Counted from the stretch's first letter, positions 9,971 to 18,992 are shown. The stretch is 64,000 bases of DNA from an uncultured Planctomycetales bacterium (GCA_964618455.1 CAZUAQ010000010.1:1-64000), one strand, 5' to 3'. Notes: generated by a model from the sequence alone, not told the origin. Made by a program: numbers and translations.

Positions 9971-11461
9971 TCATGGGTTGCCTTCGAAAGCCTGGGCATC
10001 GTGGCGATCCACATCGCCGTCCTGATCGAGATCGGCCGCCACGCACGCTTCGTCGATTCCGGCCTCGCTCAAGGTCTTCATGCATTGTTTCAGGAGGTCG
10101 CGATCGTTGTGATCCACGCGTCCATCCCCGTTGAGGTCCTTCCGGCTCTGGGTCAGCCCGTAGTCGTTCGTGTATTCGACGATGGACATGGCCAGGTCCG
10201 CCTTTTCATGCGGCTTACCGTTCACGTAGGCATGGCCCGGGACATCTTCGTTCATCTGCCACGTGTTGACGTCGGGGGAGGTCCATTCGAGGTAGTACAT
10301 TCGGCCCGGCTCGAGTCGGACCTCGTCGCGCTCCCACACTGCCACGGCGCGCGCCTGGGCAACCAGCGCCACACCGTGACCGGTCTTTTTCGGGCCGATC
10401 GGCTGACCGCCGGGCTGGTCGTACAGCTGGAACGTCACGGGATGCGCCGGTGGATGAAACTCGCCGGTCGCAAAGACCGCTTCGACCGCCGCCAGGCTTG
10501 TTCCGCTCGCCTTGAACGTCTGTCCGTGCGAGGTACCGGTGCCGATCAGCGTGCTGAACTGCTGCGTGGTGACCGGCGCGTAGTTGCACAGCGTGCCCGG
10601 CGCGCCGCCGCTGACGTAACCGTACGCGTCGAGATCCTTCCGCTCCATGCCGTCTACCCAGAGGTGGCCATGGGCGTAGCCATCCCCGGTATCCTGACGT
10701 ACCACCATTGAGAACGTTTTCGACTGTGAACTCGGGTCGCGCCAGAAGCGCATGGCGTAAGTCTTGCCGGGGGCAAGCTTCACTTCCTCGCTGCGATACG
10801 CCACCCAGAAGATGTGGATGATCGGGTCCGTGCCCTGCGACAGAAACCGCGACCGTACCGGCGAGATACGACGCCACGATTCCGGCGGCCCCTCATTCGG
10901 TTCATGAATCGCGTAGTTAAGCGTCAGGAAGTAGTGATCACCGGACTTACCCGCGAGCTTGGTGGCGACGCGCGTGACGTCGTTGCCCTCCGCGCGGAAG
11001 GTCTGGTAGAAATCGCTGCCCCACAGCCACGGCGAATCGCTCCACTCGGTATGGGCCTTATCGAATATGACGGAGTAGTGCGCGGGCGTGTTCAACCGCG
11101 CGCCGTCGAGTTTTTTCTCACCGCCGGGGATCTCGAGGTTCATGTGACAGGCGAAGGCAGGGATGTTGTCGTAGCTCAGCGCGGCCAGGGCGTACTCGCC
11201 CTTCGGGAAGCCTTGCTCGACGAAGGCGGGTTTGATCCCGAACCAGCCTGGCGGATTGTCGATGGTCGGCGCGCCGAATCCGAAACCCGGGCCGAGCGGG
11301 CAGACGTAGATATTCTGCTTGGACCAGTGATGAGGCGTCGCGTCGCGACCGGTCAGGCCGTCGGTCGTCAGCATGCCCTGCACCGCCTCGGCGGCGTGAA
11401 GGGTCGGCGTTATGCCATTGCATAAGAACACGATCAACGTCAGACGAAATGCAATTCTCAT
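9971..11461 (-). CDS. Secreted protein with C-terminal dockerin-like Ca-binding repeats
   Basis: Signal peptide MRIAFRLTLIVFLCNGITPTLHA; C-terminus DLNGDGRVDHNDRDLL...ADLDQDGDVDRHDAQAF resembles dockerin type I / EF-hand-like repeats. Confidence 0.6.
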   Translation of the reverse strand: MRIAFRLTLIVFLCNGITPTLHAAEAVQGMLTTDGLTGRDATPHHWSKQNIYVCPLGPGFGFGAPTIDNPPGWFGIKPAFVEQGFPKGEYALAALSYDNIPAFACHMNLEIPGGEKKLDGARLNTPAHYSVIFDKAHTEWSDSPWLWGSDFYQTFRAEGNDVTRVATKLAGKSGDHYFLTLNYAIHEPNEGPPESWRRISPVRSRFLSQGTDPIIHIFWVAYRSEEVKLAPGKTYAMRFWRDPSSQSKTFSMVVRQDTGDGYAHGHLWVDGMERKDLDAYGYVSGGAPGTLCNYAPVTTQQFSTLIGTGTSHGQTFKASGTSLAAVEAVFATGEFHPPAHPVTFQLYDQPGGQPIGPKKTGHGVALVAQARAVAVWERDEVRLEPGRMYYLEWTSPDVNTWQMNEDVPGHAYVNGKPHEKADLAMSIVEYTNDYGLTQSRKDLNGDGRVDHNDRDLLKQCMKTLSEAGIDEACVAADLDQDGDVDRHDAQAFEGNP

Positions 11462-11543
11462 CGAAGGTTATCCTCCCGGAAGGCGACGAAACTCACTACA
11501 GCAGAGATACAGGATACCCGTGTTCGTACCACACCGCCTGCTT

Positions 11544-11972
11544 TCAGTCGGGATCAAATTCCAACTCCATTTCGCTCCACGCACACGATGTCTCATCCAA
11601 GAACCAGCCGCGGATCGGTCGATCCTGCGTGGGCTCTAAAGAGACGATCACATAGAGCACGTCGGGCCACGCGCGGGAGGTGTCGAATTTGGAGGGGACG
11701 GCGGACGCGTCGGGATGCGAATGGTAGTAGCCCACGATGTCGATCTCTCGCCCGCGGGCGTCGCGCTGCAGACGGAGTTGCGCGCGGGCGTCGAGTTCGT
11801 AGCGGTGCGATCGATCGCCTTCCCAGGCGTTGGGCACGGCATGCACCTCGTGAATCTCGATCCGACCGACCGCGCTCACCCCCATCAGCACGCCGCAGCA
11901 CTCCTCGGGCGCCGCCGCGCGGGCGTGATCGAGCAGGACTTCACGATGCGCGTGGGACAGCACGACTTTCAT
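11544..11972 (-). CDS. JAMM/MPN+ metalloprotease (Mec+-like)
   Basis: 142 aa; motifs EECCG...HSHP...S..D (JAB/MPN catalytic signature); clustered with ThiS-like and E1 genes. Confidence 0.8.
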   Translation of the reverse strand: MKVVLSHAHREVLLDHARAAAPEECCGVLMGVSAVGRIEIHEVHAVPNAWEGDRSHRYELDARAQLRLQRDARGREIDIVGYYHSHPDASAVPSKFDTSRAWPDVLYVIVSLEPTQDRPIRGWFLDETSCAWSEMELEFDPD

Positions 11973-11981
11973 GGGCAGCGC

Positions 11982-13139
11982 CTAAAGGACCACCTGGTTC
12001 AGGGCATCAATGAGGACATCGATCTCCTCGGCAGTATTGAAATGCCCCGGGCTGACGCGGACCGCCCCGTCGGGGAAAGTGCCGAGTTCCTCGTGAATGT
12101 ACGGCGAACAGTGCAGGCCCGGCCGCACGGCCACCTGGAAGGAATCGTCCAGGATGGTGCCCAGCTCCGCCGGGGCAAGTCCCTCGGCGGTGAAGGCGAC
12201 GACGCCGCATCGGCGTGAGGCATCCTGGCTGCCCAGCAGCGTGAACCGATCGTCATCTTCCAGGGCCTGCGTGATCCTGGCGGCCAGGGTGCGCTCATGC
12301 TCAAGGGCGTTCTCAAACCCGAAGTCGTTCACGAATCCGATCGACGCCCCGAGCCCTGCCACACCGACGGTGTTCGGCGTTCCGCCCTCGAGCCAGTACG
12401 GATACAGGTGCGGCTGCGTGGGCGATGAGGAATCGCCACCCGTACCACCCTCGCGGAACGGTTTCGGATCCACACGCTCGCCGACGTAGAGCGCGCCGGT
12501 GCCCGTCGGCCCCAGCAAGGCCTTGTGACCGGGGAACGCCAGCAGATCGACGTTCATCTTTCGCACCGAGATCGGTACGAGTCCGATCGATTGCGCCGCA
12601 TCCAGCAGAAACAGCACGTCTGCTTCCCGCGCGATGCGTCCGATCTCCTCGGCGGGCTGAATCGTGCTCAGCACGTTGCTGCAATGCGTGCACGCGATCA
12701 ACCGCGTCTTCGGCGTGAGGGCCTGGCGGATCGCATCGGGGTCGATGAACCCGCCCTCGCTCATCGGCAAACGCGTGAGCGTGATGAAACCATTATCGGC
12801 CATCGCCTGCAGCGGGCGCGACACACTGTTGTGCTCGAGCGTGGTGGTGATGACATGATCGCCCTCGCAGACGACACCCTTGATGGCGATATTCAGCGCG
12901 TCGGTGCCGTTCATCGTCAGCACCATGCGGTGGGCATCGGTCCCGTCGATGATTTGTGTGAGCTTGGCGCGGACGTTGTCGAGCATGTTCTCGGCGGCGA
13001 CGGCCATGCGATGCCCGGATCGTCCGGGGTTGGCGGCATCTTCCGCGAGAAAGCGCGCCATCTCCCCCGCCACGTTGGGGGGCTTCGGCCAACTTGTTGC
13101 CCCGTTGTCCAGGTAAATCATATCGAACGTTTGCCTCAA
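11982..13139 (-). CDS. Cysteine desulfurase (aminotransferase class V, NifS/IscS/SufS-like)
   Basis: 385 aa; fold-type I PLP enzyme; motifs YLDNGATSWPKP, FPGHKALLGPTGTGALY (PLP-Lys), catalytic-loop Cys. Confidence 0.75.
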   Translation of the reverse strand: MRQTFDMIYLDNGATSWPKPPNVAGEMARFLAEDAANPGRSGHRMAVAAENMLDNVRAKLTQIIDGTDAHRMVLTMNGTDALNIAIKGVVCEGDHVITTTLEHNSVSRPLQAMADNGFITLTRLPMSEGGFIDPDAIRQALTPKTRLIACTHCSNVLSTIQPAEEIGRIAREADVLFLLDAAQSIGLVPISVRKMNVDLLAFPGHKALLGPTGTGALYVGERVDPKPFREGGTGGDSSSPTQPHLYPYWLEGGTPNTVGVAGLGASIGFVNDFGFENALEHERTLAARITQALEDDDRFTLLGSQDASRRCGVVAFTAEGLAPAELGTILDDSFQVAVRPGLHCSPYIHEELGTFPDGAVRVSPGHFNTAEEIDVLIDALNQVVL

Positions 13140-13163
13140 TGTTGGGTATCGCCGTTTCCGGCG

Positions 13164-14237
13164 TCAAGATCCGATGTACCGCGCGTAGATCGTTCGCGCG
13201 ACTTCCGGCTTGTCCGTCCCTTTGACGATGGCGCGGCCGTCGGCAAAGACGGTCAGTTCGTACTCGGGCAACTGGGCCTTGAGCATGAACGCGTTGAAGC
13301 GCGGCGTACCGCCCTCGGCATCCTTGACCTTCTGGGCGATGGTCGGAAAGTCGATGCGAATCCCTTCCGGCGGCGTGACCTGTACGGCATTGCGGCCGCA
13401 CAGCGTGGTCGCGCTGCTGCCGAACTTGCCCTCGAGGAATTCGAAGTTCTTCTGCTTGCAGCAGGGGCAGTTGCCCATCTGGTAAGCCTTCTGCACCTTG
13501 AGCATCGAGAACCGCCCATCCCACGCATCGAAGTAGAGCAACCGCCGGTTCAGGGCATCCATCCGGCCCATGAGGATCTTCATCGCCTCGAGCGCCTGGT
13601 GACTGGCCACCATGTTGACGACCGGCCCAAGCACACCGGCGGTATCGCACGTCGGATTCATCTCCGGCGGCGGGGCCTGCTCGAAGATGCATCGCAGGCA
13701 CGGCGTCTCGTTCGGCAGAATCGGCATGGCCAGCCCCGTCGCGCCGATGCACGCCCCGTACACCCACGGCCGCTCCGTCTTGACCGCCACATCGTTGATC
13801 AGAAAGCGCGTCTCGAAGTTGTCGGTGCCGTCCATTAGCAGGTCGACATCCTCGCAGATGCTCTCGATGTTGCGATGGTTCACGTCCTTCACGACCGCCT
13901 CGACGGTGATGTTGGAGTTGATCCGCTGAATCTTCCGCTTGGCGGCCTCGGACTTCGGCAGGTTGCTGGCGATATCGTCCTCGTCGAAGAGCACCTGGCG
14001 CTGGAGGTTGTTGAACTCGATGAAGTCGCGATCGACGATGCGCAGGTAGCCGACGCCCGCGCGGGCCAGCGTGTTGGCCAGCACCGTCCCGAGCGCGCCG
14101 CAGCCGATCATCACGACCTTGGACTGCAGGAGCTTGCGCTGCCCTTCCTCGCCCACCGGTTCGTAGAGCATCTGCCGGGAGTACCGGGCCAGCTCGGCAT
14201 CCTGTTCAATCTTCGCCGCTTCTTTACTGATTGCCAT
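13164..14237 (-). CDS. ThiF/MoeB/HesA-family E1-like adenylyltransferase with C-terminal extension
   Basis: ARYSRQ...GQRKLLQSKVVMIGCGALG Rossmann/ATP motif; CLRC...CPCC zinc motif; extra ~100 aa at the C-terminus. Confidence 0.8.
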   Translation of the reverse strand: MAISKEAAKIEQDAELARYSRQMLYEPVGEEGQRKLLQSKVVMIGCGALGTVLANTLARAGVGYLRIVDRDFIEFNNLQRQVLFDEDDIASNLPKSEAAKRKIQRINSNITVEAVVKDVNHRNIESICEDVDLLMDGTDNFETRFLINDVAVKTERPWVYGACIGATGLAMPILPNETPCLRCIFEQAPPPEMNPTCDTAGVLGPVVNMVASHQALEAMKILMGRMDALNRRLLYFDAWDGRFSMLKVQKAYQMGNCPCCKQKNFEFLEGKFGSSATTLCGRNAVQVTPPEGIRIDFPTIAQKVKDAEGGTPRFNAFMLKAQLPEYELTVFADGRAIVKGTDKPEVARTIYARYIGS

Positions 14238-14313
14238 GTTCCATCATTCCCAATGCGTGTGTTCCGTCTTCGCGATGCGTCCGGCGCACATTCAACCGGC
14301 GCCGGCATCGCGA

Positions 14314-15042
14314 TCAGCCGTCATCTTTGCCGAAATCCGCCAGAAAGCCGTCCGGCGGTGGTTCTTTTTCTTCTCTCACCTTGCTCACGTCGACGTTCAT
14401 CGGCGGCGGTGTGACGCCCTTCCGGCGTGCGGGATCCTGCGCCTGCTGCTGCCCTGATGGATTCGTCGTCCGTCCATCTTCCTTCTGCGACACCACCCGC
14501 CGCAACGCCTCCGCCCGCGCTGCCGCCTGATCGGCATCCACGCGTTGCATCTCTCCATAGGATTCGGAGCCGATCGACCGCGCCATCATGACGGGATCAT
14601 TGCCGATCTTCAGAACACTCCGATGCGCGATGAGGTTATTCCTGGCCATGTAGATGAAGTAAGCGCCAATCGCAATGAACAGGATATCGTTCATGAAACC
14701 GTATCCCAGCATGACGAGGAGTCCACTGCTGGTTATCCAGGCGGCTCCGATGATCGCCGTGATGATGGCATCGATGACCAGCGCATACGGCACAGCCAGA
14801 AAGCAGAGTGCCGCGGCGATCAACAATGCAAAGCCGCCATATTGAATCGACCAGTTGTAGGTCACTGCAGCAAACGACAATAAAGCCGCCTCCTGCTTGG
14901 GTTCGTACAGCGCAATGACGCGCGAGACCAGAACCAGGAGAACTCCACCGATCAGCGCCGACATCGCCGCGTTGGACATCACCTGCTTCGCATACGGCGT
15001 CTTCCAGACCGAACCCGATTGTTCCTGCGGTGCTTCCTGCAT
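14314..15042 (-). CDS. Integral membrane protein, function unknown (in the sulfur-carrier operon)
   Basis: About 4 predicted TM helices; start chosen at MQEAPQEQ (ATG reverse complement at 15040-15042); C-terminal polar tail. Confidence 0.45.
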   Translation of the reverse strand: MQEAPQEQSGSVWKTPYAKQVMSNAAMSALIGGVLLVLVSRVIALYEPKQEAALLSFAAVTYNWSIQYGGFALLIAAALCFLAVPYALVIDAIITAIIGAAWITSSGLLVMLGYGFMNDILFIAIGAYFIYMARNNLIAHRSVLKIGNDPVMMARSIGSESYGEMQRVDADQAAARAEALRRVVSQKEDGRTTNPSGQQQAQDPARRKGVTPPPMNVDVSKVREEKEPPPDGFLADFGKDDG

Positions 15043-15112
15043 GCCGATCCCTCGATTCTTTGCGTGTCGGTGCCCCGTGGTGATCGCGCCGCGGGCGTCC
15101 GCGGCGACCAAC

Positions 15113-15646
15113 TCACCCCTCCACGATGCTCTTCTCGATCGGTTCGACCTCCGCGCCGGTCTGCTCCAGGAAAGCGACCGCCTGGTCGACCTGGCTTTCC
15201 GGCCCTTCCAGCATCAACGCCATGATGCCGACCGTCTCGCCGGTACTCGACTGCCGCAGGTCGAACGCGACATCGAACCGGTGGGCCATCTCCCAGAGGA
15301 TCGGTGCGCGGTAATGTTCGAGCTGCCACGTTACCCAGAGTTTCCGCCCGACGCGCGGCTCGTCCTGGGAGCCGAAGGCCTTCTTCGGCCGTGGCGGAAC
15401 GTCGCCCTCGTGCGGATCGCTCTTGAGCACGTTCACGCCGACGCCATTCTTGCGAAAGAACGCCTCGGCATCCTCGACCGCCTCGCGCGAGCCCCACAGC
15501 GACAGCACGACATGCCCTTCGCGATGAGACACGTTCGCCTTGTCGAAGTTGTAGACCACGTCATGCGCCTGCCCCATCTGCCAGAGCAGGTTGCCGGTCA
15601 CCAGGTCCGTCGGGAACGTCAATTCCAATGTGTGTTCAATCGCCAC
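15113..15646 (-). CDS. Tandem NIL-domain-like small protein
   Basis: 177 aa with two repeated about 80-aa modules (GNLLWQMGQAHDVVYNF.../APILWEMAHRFDVAFDL...) resembling the NIL domain of MetN C-termini and sulfur-metabolism proteins. Confidence 0.45.
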   Translation of the reverse strand: MAIEHTLELTFPTDLVTGNLLWQMGQAHDVVYNFDKANVSHREGHVVLSLWGSREAVEDAEAFFRKNGVGVNVLKSDPHEGDVPPRPKKAFGSQDEPRVGRKLWVTWQLEHYRAPILWEMAHRFDVAFDLRQSSTGETVGIMALMLEGPESQVDQAVAFLEQTGAEVEPIEKSIVEG

Positions 15647-15690
15647 GCGACTCGTCCTTCATGTATCGGCACGCTTCACGCACCTTCCCA

Positions 15691-15966
15691 TTAACCGCCC
15701 GCCACCGCCTGGATAATGCTCACGTCGTCGCCTTCCTTGACCGGTGTTTCTAGGTTCTCCTGAAAGCGGATGTCCTCGTCGTTGACGAAGATATTCACGA
15801 AGCGGTTCAGTGAGCCGTCCTCCTTGAAGAGCCGCGGTTTGAACTCGGCGTACTTCCCGCAGAGCCCGTCGAGCACCTCGCCGACCGTGCCGCCCGACGC
15901 CTCGACCACGTCGTTGCCCTCGGTGAACTTGCGCAACGGTGAGGGTATTCTTACTTCAATCGCCAT
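15691..15966 (-). CDS. ThiS/MoaD/CysO-like sulfur-carrier protein (ends -AGG)
   Basis: 91 aa MAIEVRIPSPLRKFTEGNDVVEASGGTVGEVLDGL...DDVSIIQAVAGG* with terminal Gly-Gly; found as the C-terminal part of the spurious 447-aa ORF 15691..17034; ATG at 15964-15966 (reverse complement). Confidence 0.75.
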   Translation of the reverse strand: MAIEVRIPSPLRKFTEGNDVVEASGGTVGEVLDGLCGKYAEFKPRLFKEDGSLNRFVNIFVNDEDIRFQENLETPVKEGDDVSIIQAVAGG

Positions 15967-16049
15967 GTCTGTCGTCTCCTCCACATGCCGTCTCGCGATT
16001 CCGAGTCGCGACGCTATTGCCATTCTCCTGTCCTCGATGCCCGTCGATT

Positions 16050-17300
16050 TCAACCCACGCCGGCCGTCTCGCGCCGGGCGCGGATGATCTCGTCGAACGC
16101 GCTGAGCTTCGGCGGAATCACCGGCGGTTCCTCGAGCCGGTCCACGACTGCCTCGATGGTCTTGAGTCCCTGGCCGGTCACGCTGATGACGATGGACTCG
16201 TCGCGCGGGATGCGGCCCTGCTCGATGAGCTTCTTCGTCACCGCCACGGTCGTTCCACCGGCGGGCTCGGTCCAGAGCCCTTCGCACTCGGCCAGTTCCT
16301 TGATGCCGTCCACGATCTCGTCGTCGGTGACGCTCTCGGCCCAGCCGCCGGATTCCTGCACCGCCTGGACCACGTAGTAGCCGTCGGCGGGGTTGCCGAT
16401 GGCGATCGACTTGGCCAGCGTGTTCGGTTTCTGCGGGGCGATGAGATCGGTGCCCTCGTGAACGGCCTTGACCACCGGATTGCAGCCGCCCGCCTGCGCG
16501 GAATACACCTTGCACGGCGTATCCTCGACCAGTCCGATCTTCACGAACTCGCGGAACGCCTTGTGCACCTTGGGCAGGATCGTTCCCCCGGCGGTCGGCA
16601 CCACGATATGCTGCGGCAGACGCCACCCGAGCTGTTCCGCCACCTCGTAACCATAGGTCTTCGCGCCCTCGGTGTAGTACGGCCGAAGGTTCACGTTGAC
16701 GATCGCCCAGCCGTACTTGTCGGCGATTTCCGCGCAGAGGCGGTTCACGTCGTCGTAGTTGCCCTCGATCTTGACCATGTGGGGCTTGTAGATCAACGAG
16801 CCGACGACTTTGCCCAGCTCGAGATCGTGGGGAATCATGACGTAGGCGGGCTTGCCGACGTGGGCGGAGTGGGCAGCGACGCTGTTGGCCAGGTTGCCCG
16901 TGCTCGCACAGCCGAAGGTGTCGAAGCCGAACTCCAGCCCCTTGCTGATGGCCACGCTGACCACGCGCTCCTTGTAGGACAGCGTGGGCACGTTGACCGA
17001 GTCGTCCTTGATGTACAACTCGCGGCAGCCCCACCGCGCGCCAAGGTTCTTCGCCCGACGAAGCGGCGTCCAGCCGGAATGTTCTCCCGTGGCAGGCTCG
17101 CCTTCGACGGGCAGCAGATCACGGTAACGCCACAACGAGGCCGGGCCGGCCGCGATCGACTCGCGCGTCACCTTGCCCTTCATGGCCTCGTAATCGTATT
17201 CCACCTCGACCGGTCCGAAACACATGTCGCAGACGTGAATCGGCTCGATGGGATATCGTTGACCGCACTCCCGGCACTTCAGCCCGATGACATAACTCAT
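16050..17300 (-). CDS. Threonine-synthase-like PLP enzyme with N-terminal Cys4 zinc ribbon
   Basis: Start at MSYVIGLKCRECGQRYPIEPIHVCDMCFG (ATG reverse complement at 17298-17300, RBS aggaag); fold-type II PLP motifs (TLSYKERV... Lys, GCASTGN, PTAGGT); ThrC-like length. Confidence 0.75.
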   Translation of the reverse strand: MSYVIGLKCRECGQRYPIEPIHVCDMCFGPVEVEYDYEAMKGKVTRESIAAGPASLWRYRDLLPVEGEPATGEHSGWTPLRRAKNLGARWGCRELYIKDDSVNVPTLSYKERVVSVAISKGLEFGFDTFGCASTGNLANSVAAHSAHVGKPAYVMIPHDLELGKVVGSLIYKPHMVKIEGNYDDVNRLCAEIADKYGWAIVNVNLRPYYTEGAKTYGYEVAEQLGWRLPQHIVVPTAGGTILPKVHKAFREFVKIGLVEDTPCKVYSAQAGGCNPVVKAVHEGTDLIAPQKPNTLAKSIAIGNPADGYYVVQAVQESGGWAESVTDDEIVDGIKELAECEGLWTEPAGGTTVAVTKKLIEQGRIPRDESIVISVTGQGLKTIEAVVDRLEEPPVIPPKLSAFDEIIRARRETAGVG

Positions 17301-17455
17301 GCCTGACTTCCTGCTTTCGTGGCCCATGCTCCCGGGCGGTATGCCGAGAGACAGGATTGGACACCGACCCGCTGCAATCCCGAACGAAAGACCCCAGGCA
17401 TCTTGTCGAAAGGGGAGGTCTGGGCAAGGCCGGCAAGGTTCCGAAGGCATGCCGC

Positions 17456-17500
17456 CACAAAAAAACCTCTTTCCACCCGGTGGGAGAAAGAGGTCCGATT
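17456..17500 (-). terminator. Intrinsic terminator (expression platform of the SAM riboswitch)
   Basis: Minus strand cctctttctcccaccgggtggaaagagg hairpin followed by ttttttt; lies between the aptamer and the start codon at 17300. Confidence 0.7.
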
Positions 17501-17520
17501 CGCTGAAAGGAATGGGCCCC

Positions 17521-17652
17521 CTTATCTTCCCCGCGCCGATTCGGGCCGGGTTGGAGTTAGCACCCTACTGCGGATCAGCCGATCGGGCCTTTCCCAGCGG
17601 GTTGCTGTGGCTTCACAGGGCCAATCCCTCCGCCACTCTCGATAAGAGACCT
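17521..17652 (-). ncRNA. SAM-I (S-box) riboswitch aptamer
   Basis: Minus strand: cucuuaucGAGAGuGGcGGAGGGAuUGGCCCugUGAAgccacaGCAACCc...GGUGCUAAcUCCaac...GAAGAUAAG; matches the S-box consensus (P1 cuuauc/gauaag, AGAG.GG, GGAGGGA, UGGCCC, GCAACC, GGUGCUAA). Confidence 0.8.
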
Positions 17653-18051
17653 GCAATGTCTAATGCCCGCATTGTAGTCATGCCCGTCGGCGGCGTCAAA
17701 CGAGGAGGGCCACCACCGCCGATCCGGCGTCCTCGGGCTCCCCACCCGCGGGAGGACGGTCCCCGCGCCCGCTCCACTGCAGAAAATGGCGTTTTTATAG
17801 GCGCGTGATCTCGCAGACAGCTATAATGACAGGTGTATCGGCGGAAGGAACGACTCGCGTTCCCCGCACGCGTCCGACGCCTGTCACCTTTCGGTGAATG
17901 CATATCGACGGCGTCCGATGCTTGCCCTGTCCGCCGCCTGTCGCGGAAGCCTGTGACGCGAAAATGGGATGTCTCGGTACACGTCGCTTGGACGTGGCGC
18001 TTTGGTTTTGCCGCGAAGGCAGATCCATCCCCCATCGACGGGAGGTCTTAC

Positions 18052-18909
18052 ATGTCCGGTCGAGTTCCTCAAGCAATCCTACGCCATCGATCTTCGCGCG
18101 CATTCACCTTGATCGAGATGCTCGTGGTGGTGGCCATCATCGCACTGCTCGTGGCGATTCTGCTCCCATCACTCAGCAAGGCGCGCCAGGCCGCACGGGT
18201 GACGCTGTGCCTGTCAAACCTGCGATCCATCGGATCCGCGTCCACCATGTACATGAGCGATAACCGGGACTGGCTCCCCGTCGGCCCCCCGGACAAACTC
18301 TACTGGCGCTACCAGAAGAACGGTCGCACGTTTACGTCGCGGAGCTTCGTCTCCAATGCCCGGCCCTATCCCTACTCCAACTGCCATTGGGGCGGACGCC
18401 GGGCCGAGCAGGTTCACGGCAACGATCCGGAAACATTCAACCGCCCGCTGACGCGCTACCTCTATCCGAAGTCGAGCCTCGACAACGAGATGCCGCTCTT
18501 CCAGTGCCCGGGCGACACCGAACTGACGAATGACAACTTCACCAAGCTGAAACGCTCGTTCAGTGACATCCGAAAGGACCAGAGCATCTACGAGATCTGC
18601 GGCAACAGCTATTACAACAATCCCTGGTTGGATTCCACCATGGAAGAGAAACGTCACGCCCTGGTCACCAGCCGTGTCGTGCTCTATGAAGACGCGGTCT
18701 TCTTCATCGACAAGCGCCGTTACGGCAACGAGGGATCGGAATTCTATCTGCCGGCCGTGCAGAGCATGGGATGGCACGGCTCCTTCTCGAAGCACAACCT
18801 GCTCTTCCTCGACTTCCACGGCGAGTTCAAGTACGCGGACACGCGTGCCGACAGCGGCCCGGGTTGGATCGTCGAGAACTACTTCGACATCATGGACTAC
18901 TACTATTGA
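18052..18909 (+). CDS. Prepilin-type N-terminal cleavage/methylation + H-X9-DG (DUF1559) protein
   Basis: Start MSGRVPQ.. with RBS gggagg; RAFTLIEMLVVVAIIALLVAILLPSL prepilin leader/TM; typical planctomycete DUF1559 C-terminus. Confidence 0.8.
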   Translation: MSGRVPQAILRHRSSRAFTLIEMLVVVAIIALLVAILLPSLSKARQAARVTLCLSNLRSIGSASTMYMSDNRDWLPVGPPDKLYWRYQKNGRTFTSRSFVSNARPYPYSNCHWGGRRAEQVHGNDPETFNRPLTRYLYPKSSLDNEMPLFQCPGDTELTNDNFTKLKRSFSDIRKDQSIYEICGNSYYNNPWLDSTMEEKRHALVTSRVVLYEDAVFFIDKRRYGNEGSEFYLPAVQSMGWHGSFSKHNLLFLDFHGEFKYADTRADSGPGWIVENYFDIMDYYY

Positions 18910-18992
18910 CGAGTGGACGCGAGCGTCCGGATTCAACCTGAGATCACTCCTCGTCCTGATCACGCACCGGTTCGACAGAATCAAGCCAAAGG

